NCBI GenBank assembly: GCA_964547605.1
Contig: CAZJOL010000002.1
Span: forward strand, 1-40,116
Direction: 5' to 3'
DNA: 40,116 nucleotides
From: an uncultured Bacteroidaceae bacterium
Lineage (GTDB): Bacteria; Bacteroidota; Bacteroidia; Bacteroidales; DTU049
The notes under the pieces were generated by a model that worked only from the letters and a program-made list of their open reading frames with translations, had not been told where the DNA came from and made no database searches. Below, in pieces: positions 1 to 9,014 of the stretch (the stretch's first letter is position 1; every line of letters begins with the position of its first letter). A program made the translations under genes and the position numbers.

Positions 1-2232
1 AATTCCACTAATGGTATTCACTCATGGACTCATTTGTATCCCAACAGTGCAAATGAGGATGCGCTGATCAGAACGGAAATCGGAAACGGTGTGGCGCTGG
101 CAAACTATACCGCACATGGCTACAATGATGGCTGGGGCGATCCAGCGTTTGACAAAACGGATATTCCGGCCATGAACAATGCGCATCAGTATCCGCTCAT
201 GATAGGGAATGCATGTCTCACCAACAGTTTTCAGGATCCTGAATGTTTCGGCGAGGCTCTGCTCCGCGCCAACATGAAAGGTGCCATCGGTTATATCGGT
301 GGATCAAACAGCACTTACTGGGATGAAGATTTTTACTGGGGAGTTGGTGTCCGTGCCACGATTAATGCAAATCCGGTATACGATGCCAATAACCTCGGGG
401 CCTATGACCGTACCTGGCATATTACAGGTGAGCCGTTCAGCGAATGGTTTGTTTCGCAGGGACAAATGATTCTTGCAGGAAACCTTGCCGTTCTGGAAGG
501 TTCTCCGACTTCATTTGACTACTACAGCGAAATTTATCACCTCATGGGAGATCCTTCACTGATGATATACCTGAGTGTCCCTTCTCAGCTGACAGTTACG
601 CATCCGGCACTGGTTCCGCTCGGACAGAACACCATTACTATTTCAACGGAACCATACGCTTATGTTGGCGTGACGCAAAATGGTGTATGGCACGGTGCAG
701 GCATGGCCGATGCTACCGGAAATCTGGTGATGAGCATTATTCCGTTTACAGTACCGGGAACTGCCGATATTGTCGGAACCAAACAATTCCGCAAACCGTT
801 CATTTCAACATTTGTTGTTCAAACGCCTACAGGGCCTTATGTTCTGATGGAAAACAAAGCAATCAGTGATGTTTCAGGAAACAACAATCAGCAGGCCGAC
901 ATTATGGAAACGGTAGGACTGAATGTGAGACTGAAAAACTACGGACTGCAGAATGATTCTACAGTTTATGCCGTACTGTCTTCATCGGATTCACATGTGG
1001 AAATAATTGACAGTGTCGGAATCTGGGGCATGATTGCTTCAAACGACACACTCACCATCAATAATGCATTCACAGTAAGAATTGATACGCTGGTTCCCGA
1101 TCAGTTCTTGGCTCCATTTGAAATTTCGATTCGCGACAGCAGCGGAAACAACTGGTTATCGACTTTTAATCTGAAAATAAATGCGCCCGATTTGCAGATT
1201 CTGGGTTTAACAATCGATGATGCTTCAGGCGGCAACAGCAACAATAAGCTTGATGCGGGCGAGACCGTTGAAATGCATATTCAGGTTGTCAACAACGGCC
1301 ATACCGACATCTGGGATGCCGCTGCAATACTTAGCACCAGTAGTCCGTATCTGACAATTACCTCAGCAAACTGGCAGCACGACAGCCTGTACATGGGAAT
1401 TGCCGAAACCGGAGTATATACTGTCGAAGTCGCTTCTTCTGTTCCGATGGGGACTCCGGCCAGTGTCACCCTCGATCTTGAAGGTTTGGCATTGTATACC
1501 GAAAATAAGACTTTCACCAAAACCATTGGCCAGATTGATGAAGACTGGGAATCCGGCAATCTTACGCAATATGCGTGGATATCAGGTGGTGCATCTCCCT
1601 GGATTGTCACATCCGGCTCCACTTATGAAGGATCGTTTGCAGCGCGCTCCGGAGCAATAACTGACAGTCAGCAGTCAGATCTGTCAATCACAATAGACGT
1701 ATTATCTGATGATTCTCTGTCTTTCTATAAGCGGGTTTCGAGTGAGCAGGACTGGGATTTCCTCAAGTTCTTCGTTAACGGAACAGAGTTGGGGCAGTGG
1801 AGCGGCGAAGTCGCCTGGTCACAGGAAAGATTCTGGCTTACAGCGGGTACAAAAACACTGCAGTGGTCATACATCAAGGACTACTCATATTTAAGTGGCG
1901 AAGATGCTGCTTATATTGACTACATTGTTTTCCCTCCGATGAATGTTATCACATCAGACGTTGAGCTGCCTGCCGTTCCGAACGACATGCTGATTTATCC
2001 GAATCCTGCCACCGGCGCTTTTGCAACTGTTACGGCTGCGGTTCCTTCAGGTGATGTGCGGATGACGGTTCTTTCGGCAGATGGCCGGATTGTATATGCC
2101 CAGGAATTTAAAAACGTCAGTGGTCAGCTCTATCTGCCTGTTGCAATATCCGCATGGGAAGCCGGTATATATACAATTCAACTCACCGGCAACGAAATCA
2201 ACTTTTCGAAAACTTTTGCAGTAATAAAATAA
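1..2232 (+). CDS. Peptidase C25 (gingipain-like cysteine protease), 5'-truncated by the window edge, with T9SS C-terminal sorting domain
   Basis: Frame 1 is open from nt 1; the track start at 34 is a TTG inside the ORF. Catalytic dyad motifs YTAHGY (His codon 115-117) and IGNACLTNSF (Cys codon 214-216) align with the downstream paralogue. Two CARDB/Ig-like modules (..SGNNNQQADIMETV.., ..GGNSNNKLDAGETV..). C-terminal LIYPNPATG...GIYTIQL tail. Confidence 0.85.
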   Translation, partial: NSTNGIHSWTHLYPNSANEDALIRTEIGNGVALANYTAHGYNDGWGDPAFDKTDIPAMNNAHQYPLMIGNACLTNSFQDPECFGEALLRANMKGAIGYIGGSNSTYWDEDFYWGVGVRATINANPVYDANNLGAYDRTWHITGEPFSEWFVSQGQMILAGNLAVLEGSPTSFDYYSEIYHLMGDPSLMIYLSVPSQLTVTHPALVPLGQNTITISTEPYAYVGVTQNGVWHGAGMADATGNLVMSIIPFTVPGTADIVGTKQFRKPFISTFVVQTPTGPYVLMENKAISDVSGNNNQQADIMETVGLNVRLKNYGLQNDSTVYAVLSSSDSHVEIIDSVGIWGMIASNDTLTINNAFTVRIDTLVPDQFLAPFEISIRDSSGNNWLSTFNLKINAPDLQILGLTIDDASGGNSNNKLDAGETVEMHIQVVNNGHTDIWDAAAILSTSSPYLTITSANWQHDSLYMGIAETGVYTVEVASSVPMGTPASVTLDLEGLALYTENKTFTKTIGQIDEDWESGNLTQYAWISGGASPWIVTSGSTYEGSFAARSGAITDSQQSDLSITIDVLSDDSLSFYKRVSSEQDWDFLKFFVNGTELGQWSGEVAWSQERFWLTAGTKTLQWSYIKDYSYLSGEDAAYIDYIVFPPMNVITSDVELPAVPNDMLIYPNPATGAFATVTAAVPSGDVRMTVLSADGRIVYAQEFKNVSGQLYLPVAISAWEAGIYTIQLTGNEINFSKTFAVIK
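1987..2229 (+). other. T9SS C-terminal sorting domain (type A, Por secretion tail-like) of the first C25 protease
   Basis: MLIYPNPATGAFATV...VLSADGRIVYAQEF...AGIYTIQL...FAVIK: the YPNPA start, G-R/K-V middle and GxY..hh end pattern typical of T9SS CTDs. Confidence 0.8.
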
Positions 2233-2245
2233 TCCCCCCCACGAA

Positions 2246-5200
2246 ATGAAAAAAATCCTGTTTTCTCTTCTGCTGATTGTGGTTTTTGGCTCTATGAGCG
2301 CTCAAACCTATCAATCGCTCAGCAACGATGCCAACAAACCCTTGTACACCATCATTTCTTCAACACCTGAAGAAACAGTCATCGAGTACAACTTTCAGGG
2401 TTTCTACCTGAGTGATGTACAGACATCGCAGGGAATCAAGCAGAGTGTGTCCATGCCGGGCGCATCACCTTTGCTGGTTGCCGGTGAACCTGCACTTTGC
2501 CAGTACTCGAATTCACTGATCATTCCTGATCTGGCGCATATGCAGGTCAAGGTCTTGTCGGCCGATTATGTCGATTACAGCAATATTGAAATTGTCCCAT
2601 CCAAGGGAAATTTAACCAGAGATATTGATCCTTCGTCTGTTCCTTATTCATGGGGGCGCACATATCAGCAGAACGGAAGTTTTCCGGGCGCTTATGCAAC
2701 TCTTTCGGACCCATATATCATGCGTGATTACAGGGGTGTGGCACTGCATGTTTTTCCTTTCCGTTACGATCATGCCAACCACTCACTGCGCGTGGTGAAA
2801 ACTATCCGTGTGGTTGTTTACAAGGATTCTGATGACACTATGGATGATCCGTTTATCAGAACCAAAGCAGTAACGAAAGTTGATGAAAGTTTTGATCAGT
2901 TATACAGCAGACATTTCATTAATTACAATCAGGCAAAATATACTCCGGTTACAGAGCGCGGAAGAATACTGGTTATCTGCAAGCCTGATTACATGGCCAA
3001 TATGGCTCCTTACGTACAATGGAAAAACAGAATCGGATTCCCAACAACAATTGTAAGTACAGCTGTCACAGGAACAACAAGTACTGCTATCAAGACATAC
3101 GTGACCAATTATTACAATGCAAACGGATTGACATTTCTGCTGTTTGTAGGTGATGCAGCTGCCATTCCGGTTATCACAAGCGGTGTTGGTGGAGATTCTG
3201 ACAATGCTTATGCATTCATTACCGGCAGCGACCATTATCCGGAGTTTTATGTAGGTCGTTTTTCAGCCGAAAGTGAGGGTGATGTTGATGTGCAGGTTTT
3301 GCGCACTATTTCTTACGAGCAGAATCCGAATACCAGCAACAACTGGCTGAACAGAGTTCTGGGAATAGCTTCCAGTCAGAGTGGAACTTCCCCTGACGAC
3401 GGTGAATCTGATTATCAGCACATCCGCAATCTTCAGACCCAGTGCGATAATTATGAATATGAAACAAAATACGAATTGTTCGATGGTACTCAGGGCGGAC
3501 TTGACGCCTCGGGTGATCCGACAGCTGCTAATGTTTCAACCGTCATTAATGGTGGTGCCGGTTTGGTATTATATACAGGCCACGGAGCAGACACTTATTT
3601 CGTGACAACAAACTTCAGCAACACCAATGTGAATGCTCTGACCAACACAACTCAATGGCCGATTATTTTATCTGTTGCCTGTGTAAATGGAAACTTTAAT
3701 GGGCAGACCTGTTTTGCCGAAGCATGGCTGCGAGCCCGCACGGGAACAACCCCCAAAGGAGCTGTTGCAACCATTATGAGCACCATCAATCAATCGTGGG
3801 CTCCGCCAATGGAAGGGCAGGATGAAATGGTTAATGTGCTTTGTGAAACAGCGACCGGAAATATCAAGCACACCTTTGGTGGCATTGTGATGAGTGGCTG
3901 CATGAAAATGAATGACAGCTATGGAACCGCTGGTGATGAAATGACCGACACCTGGACCGTTTTCGGCGATCCTTCCCTGATGATCAGAACCGATACACCC
4001 AAAACAATGACAGTGGCTCATCCGGCTACAGTTCCTATCGGTACCAGCCAGTTGGTTGTGAATTGTAATACCGAAGGTGCATTTATTACTGTTACGCTGA
4101 ATGACAGCATTATCGGAACGGGAATTATTAACGGAGGTACTACAACAGTGAATTTTACCGCACTTACCGGTATTGACACATTGATTGTTACAGCAACCAA
4201 ATACAATTACATTCCCTACATTGGCGAGGTTGCAATCATAGCTGCATCAGGACCATATGTGGTTTACAACGCTTTGGCGATCAACGACGTCAGCGGCAAT
4301 AATAATGCTCAGGCCGATTTCGGTGAAAACATACTTTTGAATGTAACCCTGTTCAACACTGGAGTTGCCAATGCAGCCAATGTTGTTGCTGCAATTACGA
4401 CATCAAATCCGGCGGTTACAATCACTGATAACAGTGAAACGTACGGCGCAATCAATGCCGGCGCAACCAAGCTCATGAATAATGCTTATGCAGTAACAGT
4501 CGGCAGTAATGTTACCGACCAGACCAGCGTTTCATTCGACCTCAACGCCGTATATGGCTCAGACAACTGGAATTCATCTTTCGGATTTGTTATCAATGCA
4601 CCTGCTCTCAGTATAGGAGCGCTCGTAATCGATGATGCCGCCGGGAACAACAACGGAAAACTCGATCCGGGTGAAACAGTCAACATCTCCATTGCTTCCT
4701 TAAACAACGGTCATGCGATGTATCCCGCTGCTATAGGGACATTGGCGAGTGGCAGTTCAACTCTGACAGTCGTTAATGGCTCTGACAATATTGGAGATAT
4801 GGATCCTGCTTCTTCTCAGAATGCCAGTTTCTCTGTTTCTGCTGATGCCGGAGCCACTTTTGGATCGTCTGTCACTGTTACATATACGCTAGGAACCGGT
4901 TTTTATCAGGTACAGAAAGTATTTTCGATGAAAGTTGGTATTGTTGATGAAGATTATGAAACCGGAGACCTTACACAATATGAGTGGGCCACCGGCGGCA
5001 ATGCTCCATGGTTTGTATCAACATCAAGTCCGTATGAAGGGGCACATTGTTCTCAGTCCGGTGCCATTTCCGACGATCAGAATTCAACCATGTCAATTGC
5101 ATGGGATGTAGCTGTTGCTGACAGTATCTCTTTTTACCGCAAAGTGAGTTGTGAAAACGGAAGTGCTTCAGGAAGTCAGTGGGATTACCTTGAATTCCTG

Positions 5201-5656
5201 ATTGATGCAACTTCAAAGGAATGGTGGGACGGTGAACAGGACTGGGCTCGCAAAGCATATGCTGTTACTGCCGGACAACACACATTTACGTGGAAATACG
5301 CAAAGGACAACATGGTTGCAGATGGTTCAGATGCAGCATGGGTTGATTATATTGTTTTCCCGCCGCTGGCGACCACAACCGGCTGTGAGGAATTATCCTT
5401 CGGATTTAATATCTATCCGAATCCGGCAACAGAGCTGATGTTTGTTGATGTCAACCTCGCCCATGCGGATAACGTGAACATTGAACTTCTTGACAATACA
5501 GGACGTTTGGTAAGTGTTTTATTCAACGGCAGCATGGCAGCCGGAATGAACAGAACCGAACTGAATGCAGCCGGTATAAGCGGAGGTGTTTACATTATTC
5601 GTGTAAGGACATCGGAAGGTAGCATTTCAAGAATGATAATGACCGCAGGGAAGTAA
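2246..5656 (+). CDS. Peptidase C25 (gingipain-like cysteine protease) precursor: signal peptide, C25 propeptide, catalytic domain, Ig/CARDB-like modules, beta-sandwich domain, T9SS CTD
   Basis: Signal peptide MKKILFSLLLIVVFGSMSAQ. Propeptide-like region (..YIMRDYRGVALHVFPFRYD..). Catalytic His446 in LYTGHGAD (codon 3581-3583) and Cys479 in LSVACVNGNF (codon 3680-3682). VGRFSAES motif. C-terminal NIYPNPATE...GVYIIRV tail. Start lies 13 nt after the upstream paralogue's stop. Confidence 0.9.
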   Translation: MKKILFSLLLIVVFGSMSAQTYQSLSNDANKPLYTIISSTPEETVIEYNFQGFYLSDVQTSQGIKQSVSMPGASPLLVAGEPALCQYSNSLIIPDLAHMQVKVLSADYVDYSNIEIVPSKGNLTRDIDPSSVPYSWGRTYQQNGSFPGAYATLSDPYIMRDYRGVALHVFPFRYDHANHSLRVVKTIRVVVYKDSDDTMDDPFIRTKAVTKVDESFDQLYSRHFINYNQAKYTPVTERGRILVICKPDYMANMAPYVQWKNRIGFPTTIVSTAVTGTTSTAIKTYVTNYYNANGLTFLLFVGDAAAIPVITSGVGGDSDNAYAFITGSDHYPEFYVGRFSAESEGDVDVQVLRTISYEQNPNTSNNWLNRVLGIASSQSGTSPDDGESDYQHIRNLQTQCDNYEYETKYELFDGTQGGLDASGDPTAANVSTVINGGAGLVLYTGHGADTYFVTTNFSNTNVNALTNTTQWPIILSVACVNGNFNGQTCFAEAWLRARTGTTPKGAVATIMSTINQSWAPPMEGQDEMVNVLCETATGNIKHTFGGIVMSGCMKMNDSYGTAGDEMTDTWTVFGDPSLMIRTDTPKTMTVAHPATVPIGTSQLVVNCNTEGAFITVTLNDSIIGTGIINGGTTTVNFTALTGIDTLIVTATKYNYIPYIGEVAIIAASGPYVVYNALAINDVSGNNNAQADFGENILLNVTLFNTGVANAANVVAAITTSNPAVTITDNSETYGAINAGATKLMNNAYAVTVGSNVTDQTSVSFDLNAVYGSDNWNSSFGFVINAPALSIGALVIDDAAGNNNGKLDPGETVNISIASLNNGHAMYPAAIGTLASGSSTLTVVNGSDNIGDMDPASSQNASFSVSADAGATFGSSVTVTYTLGTGFYQVQKVFSMKVGIVDEDYETGDLTQYEWATGGNAPWFVSTSSPYEGAHCSQSGAISDDQNSTMSIAWDVAVADSISFYRKVSCENGSASGSQWDYLEFLIDATSKEWWDGEQDWARKAYAVTAGQHTFTWKYAKDNMVADGSDAAWVDYIVFPPLATTTGCEELSFGFNIYPNPATELMFVDVNLAHADNVNIELLDNTGRLVSVLFNGSMAAGMNRTELNAAGISGGVYIIRVRTSEGSISRMIMTAGK
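5405..5653 (+). other. T9SS C-terminal sorting domain of the second C25 protease
   Basis: FNIYPNPATELMFVDV...LLDNTGRLVSVLF...GGVYIIRVRT... Confidence 0.8.
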
Positions 5657-5674
5657 CCCTGCTTCTCGATATAC

Positions 5675-5723
5675 GCCGGATGCCGCTTCATTGCTCAAAT
5701 GAAGCGGCATCCGGCGTTTTTGT
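5675..5723 (+). terminator. Rho-independent terminator after the C25 protease pair
   Basis: Perfect 18-bp stem GCCGGATGCCGCTTCATT / AATGAAGCGGCATCCGGC with a 5-nt loop, followed by GTTTTTGT. Confidence 0.75.
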
Positions 5724-5840
5724 CCCAAAATTGCAAAGTACATGGCAATGATTATATAGGATATGTTTTTAAATTCATTTTGTTTGTCGAAAATATCATT
5801 CAAATTGGCTTTGGAAAGGCTCGAAGTGAAAAAAATGTTA

Positions 5841-5848
5841 TAATATTG
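5841..5848 (+). promoter_or_regulatory. Candidate Bacteroidota -7 promoter box (TAATATTG, one mismatch to TAnnTTTG) for the S46 peptidase gene
   Basis: Located 27 nt upstream of the ATG at 5876 and downstream of the terminator at 5675-5723. Confidence 0.3.
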
Positions 5849-5875
5849 CGATTCGAAACGCACCAGTATCTGATT

Positions 5876-8038
5876 ATGAAAAACAGAATAAATATCCTTG
5901 GGGTTCTTCTTTTTGTTTCAGCATTTTTTCCGGCCAGAGCCGATGAGGGGATGTGGCTTCCGATGTTTATTGACCGGCTCAATTACACGGATATGCAGAA
6001 AATGGGGCTTCATCTTACGCCCGAAGAAATTTATTCAGTCAACAACGGAAGTCTGAAGGATGCCATTGTTATTTTTGGCGGAGGATGCACCGGAGAGATT
6101 GTTTCGGATCAGGGACTGATTTTCACCAATCATCATTGCGGTTATGCTTCTATTGCTTCGCTGAGCACTGTTGAAAATGATATTCTGACCAATGGATATT
6201 ACGCAGCAACCATGGCCGATGAATTGTTCCCGTCATCGAATCTCAATGTTCGTTTTCTGATCCGGATCGAAGATGTAACCAAGCAGATTCTTGATTCGAT
6301 TCCGTACGAAGCCACTGAAATGGAGCGTGATGAAATTGTCGCACGCATCTCGAAACGAATTGAAACCGGCGCTGTGTCAGAGAAATATCAGGAAGCAAAT
6401 GTGAAACCTTTCTTTTATGGCAATGAATATTATCTGTTCGTTTACGAGGTCTATTCGGATGTCCGGCTGGTTCTGAATCCACCATTATCGATCGGTAATT
6501 TCGGTGGCGATACCGACAACTGGATGTGGCCGCGCCATACAGGCGACTTCAGCGTTTTCAGAGTTTACACCGGACCTGATGGAAAGCCCGCCAAATACAG
6601 CAAGGATAATATTCCCATGAAGCCGAAACATTTTCTACCGGTTTCCATTAAACCAAAAAAAGAAAATGACTTTGCAATGGTATTTGGCTATCCGGGCCGC
6701 ACTTCGCGATATATCACAAGCGAGGAAGTCGCATCGAATTATCTTTATGTCAATCCTTCCATTGTGAAAATCCGTGAGAAAAAACTTGCAGTGATGGATG
6801 TAAACATGCGTGCCAGTGATGAAGTCAGACTGCGGTATGCCAGCAAATACGCCACCACTGCCAATTACTGGAAATATTATATCGGGCAGAATAAAGGGAT
6901 TAACAGAAACGACGTGATTGAGCGCAAAAAGATTCTTGAAGACGATTTTGAAACATGGGTGAACAACGATAATATTCCAAAGTTTGGATATTACAAAAAC
7001 GCACTTATCAAAACGCATAATTCAATCGAGAAACTCAGTTCGCTGCGGAAGGTTCAGTATTACATTTCGGAAGCATTTTTCCGCGGCAGTGATGTTATTT
7101 CATTTGCAGGCAAATTCAGGCCACTCATGGCTGAGCTTTCGGCAGAGAAACCCAATCTTTCGAAAATCGAAGAGATGGTGTCTTCACTTAATAAAGTGGC
7201 CGAAAATCATTTTGCCACCTTTGACTATAAAACTGAAATGCAGCTGTACAGTGCCATGCTGGCCATGTATGCAGCCGATGTTCCTTCGGAATACCAACCT
7301 GCATTCTATGTGGTTGTCAGCAATAAATTCAAAAACGATTACGCTCTGTATTCGGATTTTGCATTTCTGGTTTCCATATTTTCGAACAAGGATAAGATGG
7401 ATGCTTTTCTGAAAAATCCCACTAAGGAAGTTTTGACAAAGGATCCATTATTTGAAGCTGCAACGCAGGTTTACGAAATCTACAATAAGCTCGTTGCCGA
7501 GATAAATCCGCTCAACTATCAGCTGAATCAGGGAATGCGCATGTATGTTCAGGGCTTACGCGAAATGTATCCAGAAAAAAATTTCTATCCCGACGCCAAC
7601 AGCACACTGCGTCTTACATACGGCAAAGTCCTCCCATACAGTGCCGGTGATGCCATTGATTATGATTTTGTGACCACGCTGAAAGGTGTGATGGAAAAAG
7701 AAAATCCAAACAATGAGGAATTCATTGTTCCGGCAAGGTTGAAAGAGTTGTATGAGAAAAAAGATTTTGGCCAGTACGGCGAAAACGGCACCATGATTAC
7801 GTGTTTTCTCACCAACAACGATATCACCGGTGGCAACAGCGGATCGCCTGTGCTTAATGGTGATGGTGAACTTATAGGACTGGCCTTCGATGCCAACTGG
7901 GAAGCCATGTCGGGCGATATCGTTTTCGAACCTAAACTGCAGCGTTGCATCTGCGTTGACATCCGCTATGTGCTTTTCTACATCGACAAATATGCCGGTG
8001 GAAGCAGACTTATTGATGAGCTTGAAATTAGAAAATAA
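5876..8038 (+). CDS. Peptidase S46 family dipeptidyl-peptidase (DPP7/DPP11 type), secreted/periplasmic
   Basis: Signal peptide MKNRINILGVLLFVSAFFPARA followed by the S46 hallmark mature N-terminus DEGMWLP. Catalytic His in FTNHHCG. Catalytic Ser in GGNSGSPV (codon 7838-7840, residue 655 from this start). 720 aa from this start. The track start at 5699 lies inside the upstream terminator hairpin and was rejected. Confidence 0.9.
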   Translation: MKNRINILGVLLFVSAFFPARADEGMWLPMFIDRLNYTDMQKMGLHLTPEEIYSVNNGSLKDAIVIFGGGCTGEIVSDQGLIFTNHHCGYASIASLSTVENDILTNGYYAATMADELFPSSNLNVRFLIRIEDVTKQILDSIPYEATEMERDEIVARISKRIETGAVSEKYQEANVKPFFYGNEYYLFVYEVYSDVRLVLNPPLSIGNFGGDTDNWMWPRHTGDFSVFRVYTGPDGKPAKYSKDNIPMKPKHFLPVSIKPKKENDFAMVFGYPGRTSRYITSEEVASNYLYVNPSIVKIREKKLAVMDVNMRASDEVRLRYASKYATTANYWKYYIGQNKGINRNDVIERKKILEDDFETWVNNDNIPKFGYYKNALIKTHNSIEKLSSLRKVQYYISEAFFRGSDVISFAGKFRPLMAELSAEKPNLSKIEEMVSSLNKVAENHFATFDYKTEMQLYSAMLAMYAADVPSEYQPAFYVVVSNKFKNDYALYSDFAFLVSIFSNKDKMDAFLKNPTKEVLTKDPLFEAATQVYEIYNKLVAEINPLNYQLNQGMRMYVQGLREMYPEKNFYPDANSTLRLTYGKVLPYSAGDAIDYDFVTTLKGVMEKENPNNEEFIVPARLKELYEKKDFGQYGENGTMITCFLTNNDITGGNSGSPVLNGDGELIGLAFDANWEAMSGDIVFEPKLQRCICVDIRYVLFYIDKYAGGSRLIDELEIRK

Positions 8039-8069
8039 TCATCTGTTTTGATTTGGTAAGATGATAATG

Positions 8070-8095
8070 AGGCGCGGGAAACTGCGCCTTTTATT
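8070..8095. terminator. Weak bidirectional terminator between convergent genes
   Basis: AGGCGC-gggaaact-GCGCCT stem-loop followed by TTTATTAT. Sits between the S46 stop (8038) and the stop of the minus-strand gene (8094). Confidence 0.4.
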
Positions 8096-9014
8096 ATCTC
8101 AAGCTGAGTCCTTTCCCTTTCATCCACCGCACACAGAGCGGCAGGCGGTTGATGCGTATAAAGGGATAATTTGAAAGTTTGCCGCCGAATCCGAGATAGA
8201 ATTTTGCCAGATTTTCATTGTTGCTCCCTTCGAAATCGAAGAGCTGGTGCGTGGTGCAGATGTCTGCCAGAATAGAATCGATCAGAAAATGCATGGCGCC
8301 GGTTTTGCGTGCTTCGTTGCCGGAGCCGCTGAACAACAGCACTGCGCGTCCTTCGAATTCCACCAGCAGTATGCCTGCAGTGATTTCGTTGTGCTGGTTC
8401 AGCGCGCAATACGTATTGGCAAGACCAAGGTGCCGCAACTGAAACGACAATGTTTTCAGCGTTGAATACCAGCTTTCATGTTTGCCGAGCGCTTCTCCTT
8501 TATTGTTTTTGAAGAGAGAAATTATGGTTTCGATATCAAATCCTTTGTGTACTGAAAGCCCGTTCCGGGCCGCTTTCCGGATGTTGCGACGGGTATTTTC
8601 GTTGTATCCGGTTCTGATCTTTTCAATATCACAGCCAAGCTGAAGAGTAATATTGGTGAGCATTTCAACGCCGGGTACATTAACCGGGCATGATTCATTG
8701 AGCATGATTTCGGTAAAACGATATTTATGCGGAATGGCCAGCAGAAATCTTTTTACGGTTTCGGCGGAAATTTCTTTTCCGTAAACACCGAGCTGCTGGC
8801 AGAACGGAGGCTGAAACAAATAATGTACTCCCGTTTTTTTTGCTTCAACAAGCGGCATCACACATTGGTAATTATCTTCAATCAGACCATTCCAACCGGG
8901 CGCCACAAGATCGAGATACCATGACATGGCATACATCATTGGCTGCGAAGACTGCATGACTGCTGCATCCCACATATCCCTGTCAATATTTTCGTTTTTG
9001 GCAAACCGTATCAT
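8094..9014 (-). CDS. FemAB-like / GNAT-fold acyltransferase (peptidoglycan-bridge-formation-like family)
   Basis: 306 aa. Pattern W..AV..S....MYAMSWYLDLV..W..L...Y..VMPL....K.G......PPFCQQLG, then YNENTRRNIRKAARNGL, then a C-terminal ..FDFEGS.. This resembles FemAB/Acetyltransf_6-type proteins common in Bacteroidota envelope loci. 4-nt overlap with the upstream gene. Confidence 0.5.
   Translation of the reverse strand: MIRFAKNENIDRDMWDAAVMQSSQPMMYAMSWYLDLVAPGWNGLIEDNYQCVMPLVEAKKTGVHYLFQPPFCQQLGVYGKEISAETVKRFLLAIPHKYRFTEIMLNESCPVNVPGVEMLTNITLQLGCDIEKIRTGYNENTRRNIRKAARNGLSVHKGFDIETIISLFKNNKGEALGKHESWYSTLKTLSFQLRHLGLANTYCALNQHNEITAGILLVEFEGRAVLLFSGSGNEARKTGAMHFLIDSILADICTTHQLFDFEGSNNENLAKFYLGFGGKLSNYPFIRINRLPLCVRWMKGKGLSLR

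Noticed and set aside
2234-2240. C7 homopolymer in the 13-nt spacer just upstream of the second C25 protease ATG; considered as a slipped-strand phase-variation tract.
   Set aside because: Seven residues is short for a contingency tract. It lies outside coding sequence, so length changes would not frameshift. Bacteroidota translation initiation is not strongly spacing/SD dependent. Only population sequencing showing length heterogeneity would revive the idea.
5699-5875. 59-codon N-terminal extension of the S46 peptidase ORF (track start at 5699).
   Set aside because: The ATG at 5699 lies inside the descending arm of the terminator hairpin at 5675-5723. The extension has no signal-peptide character. 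The ATG at 5876 gives a classic signal peptide followed by the S46 mature N-terminus DEGMWLP.
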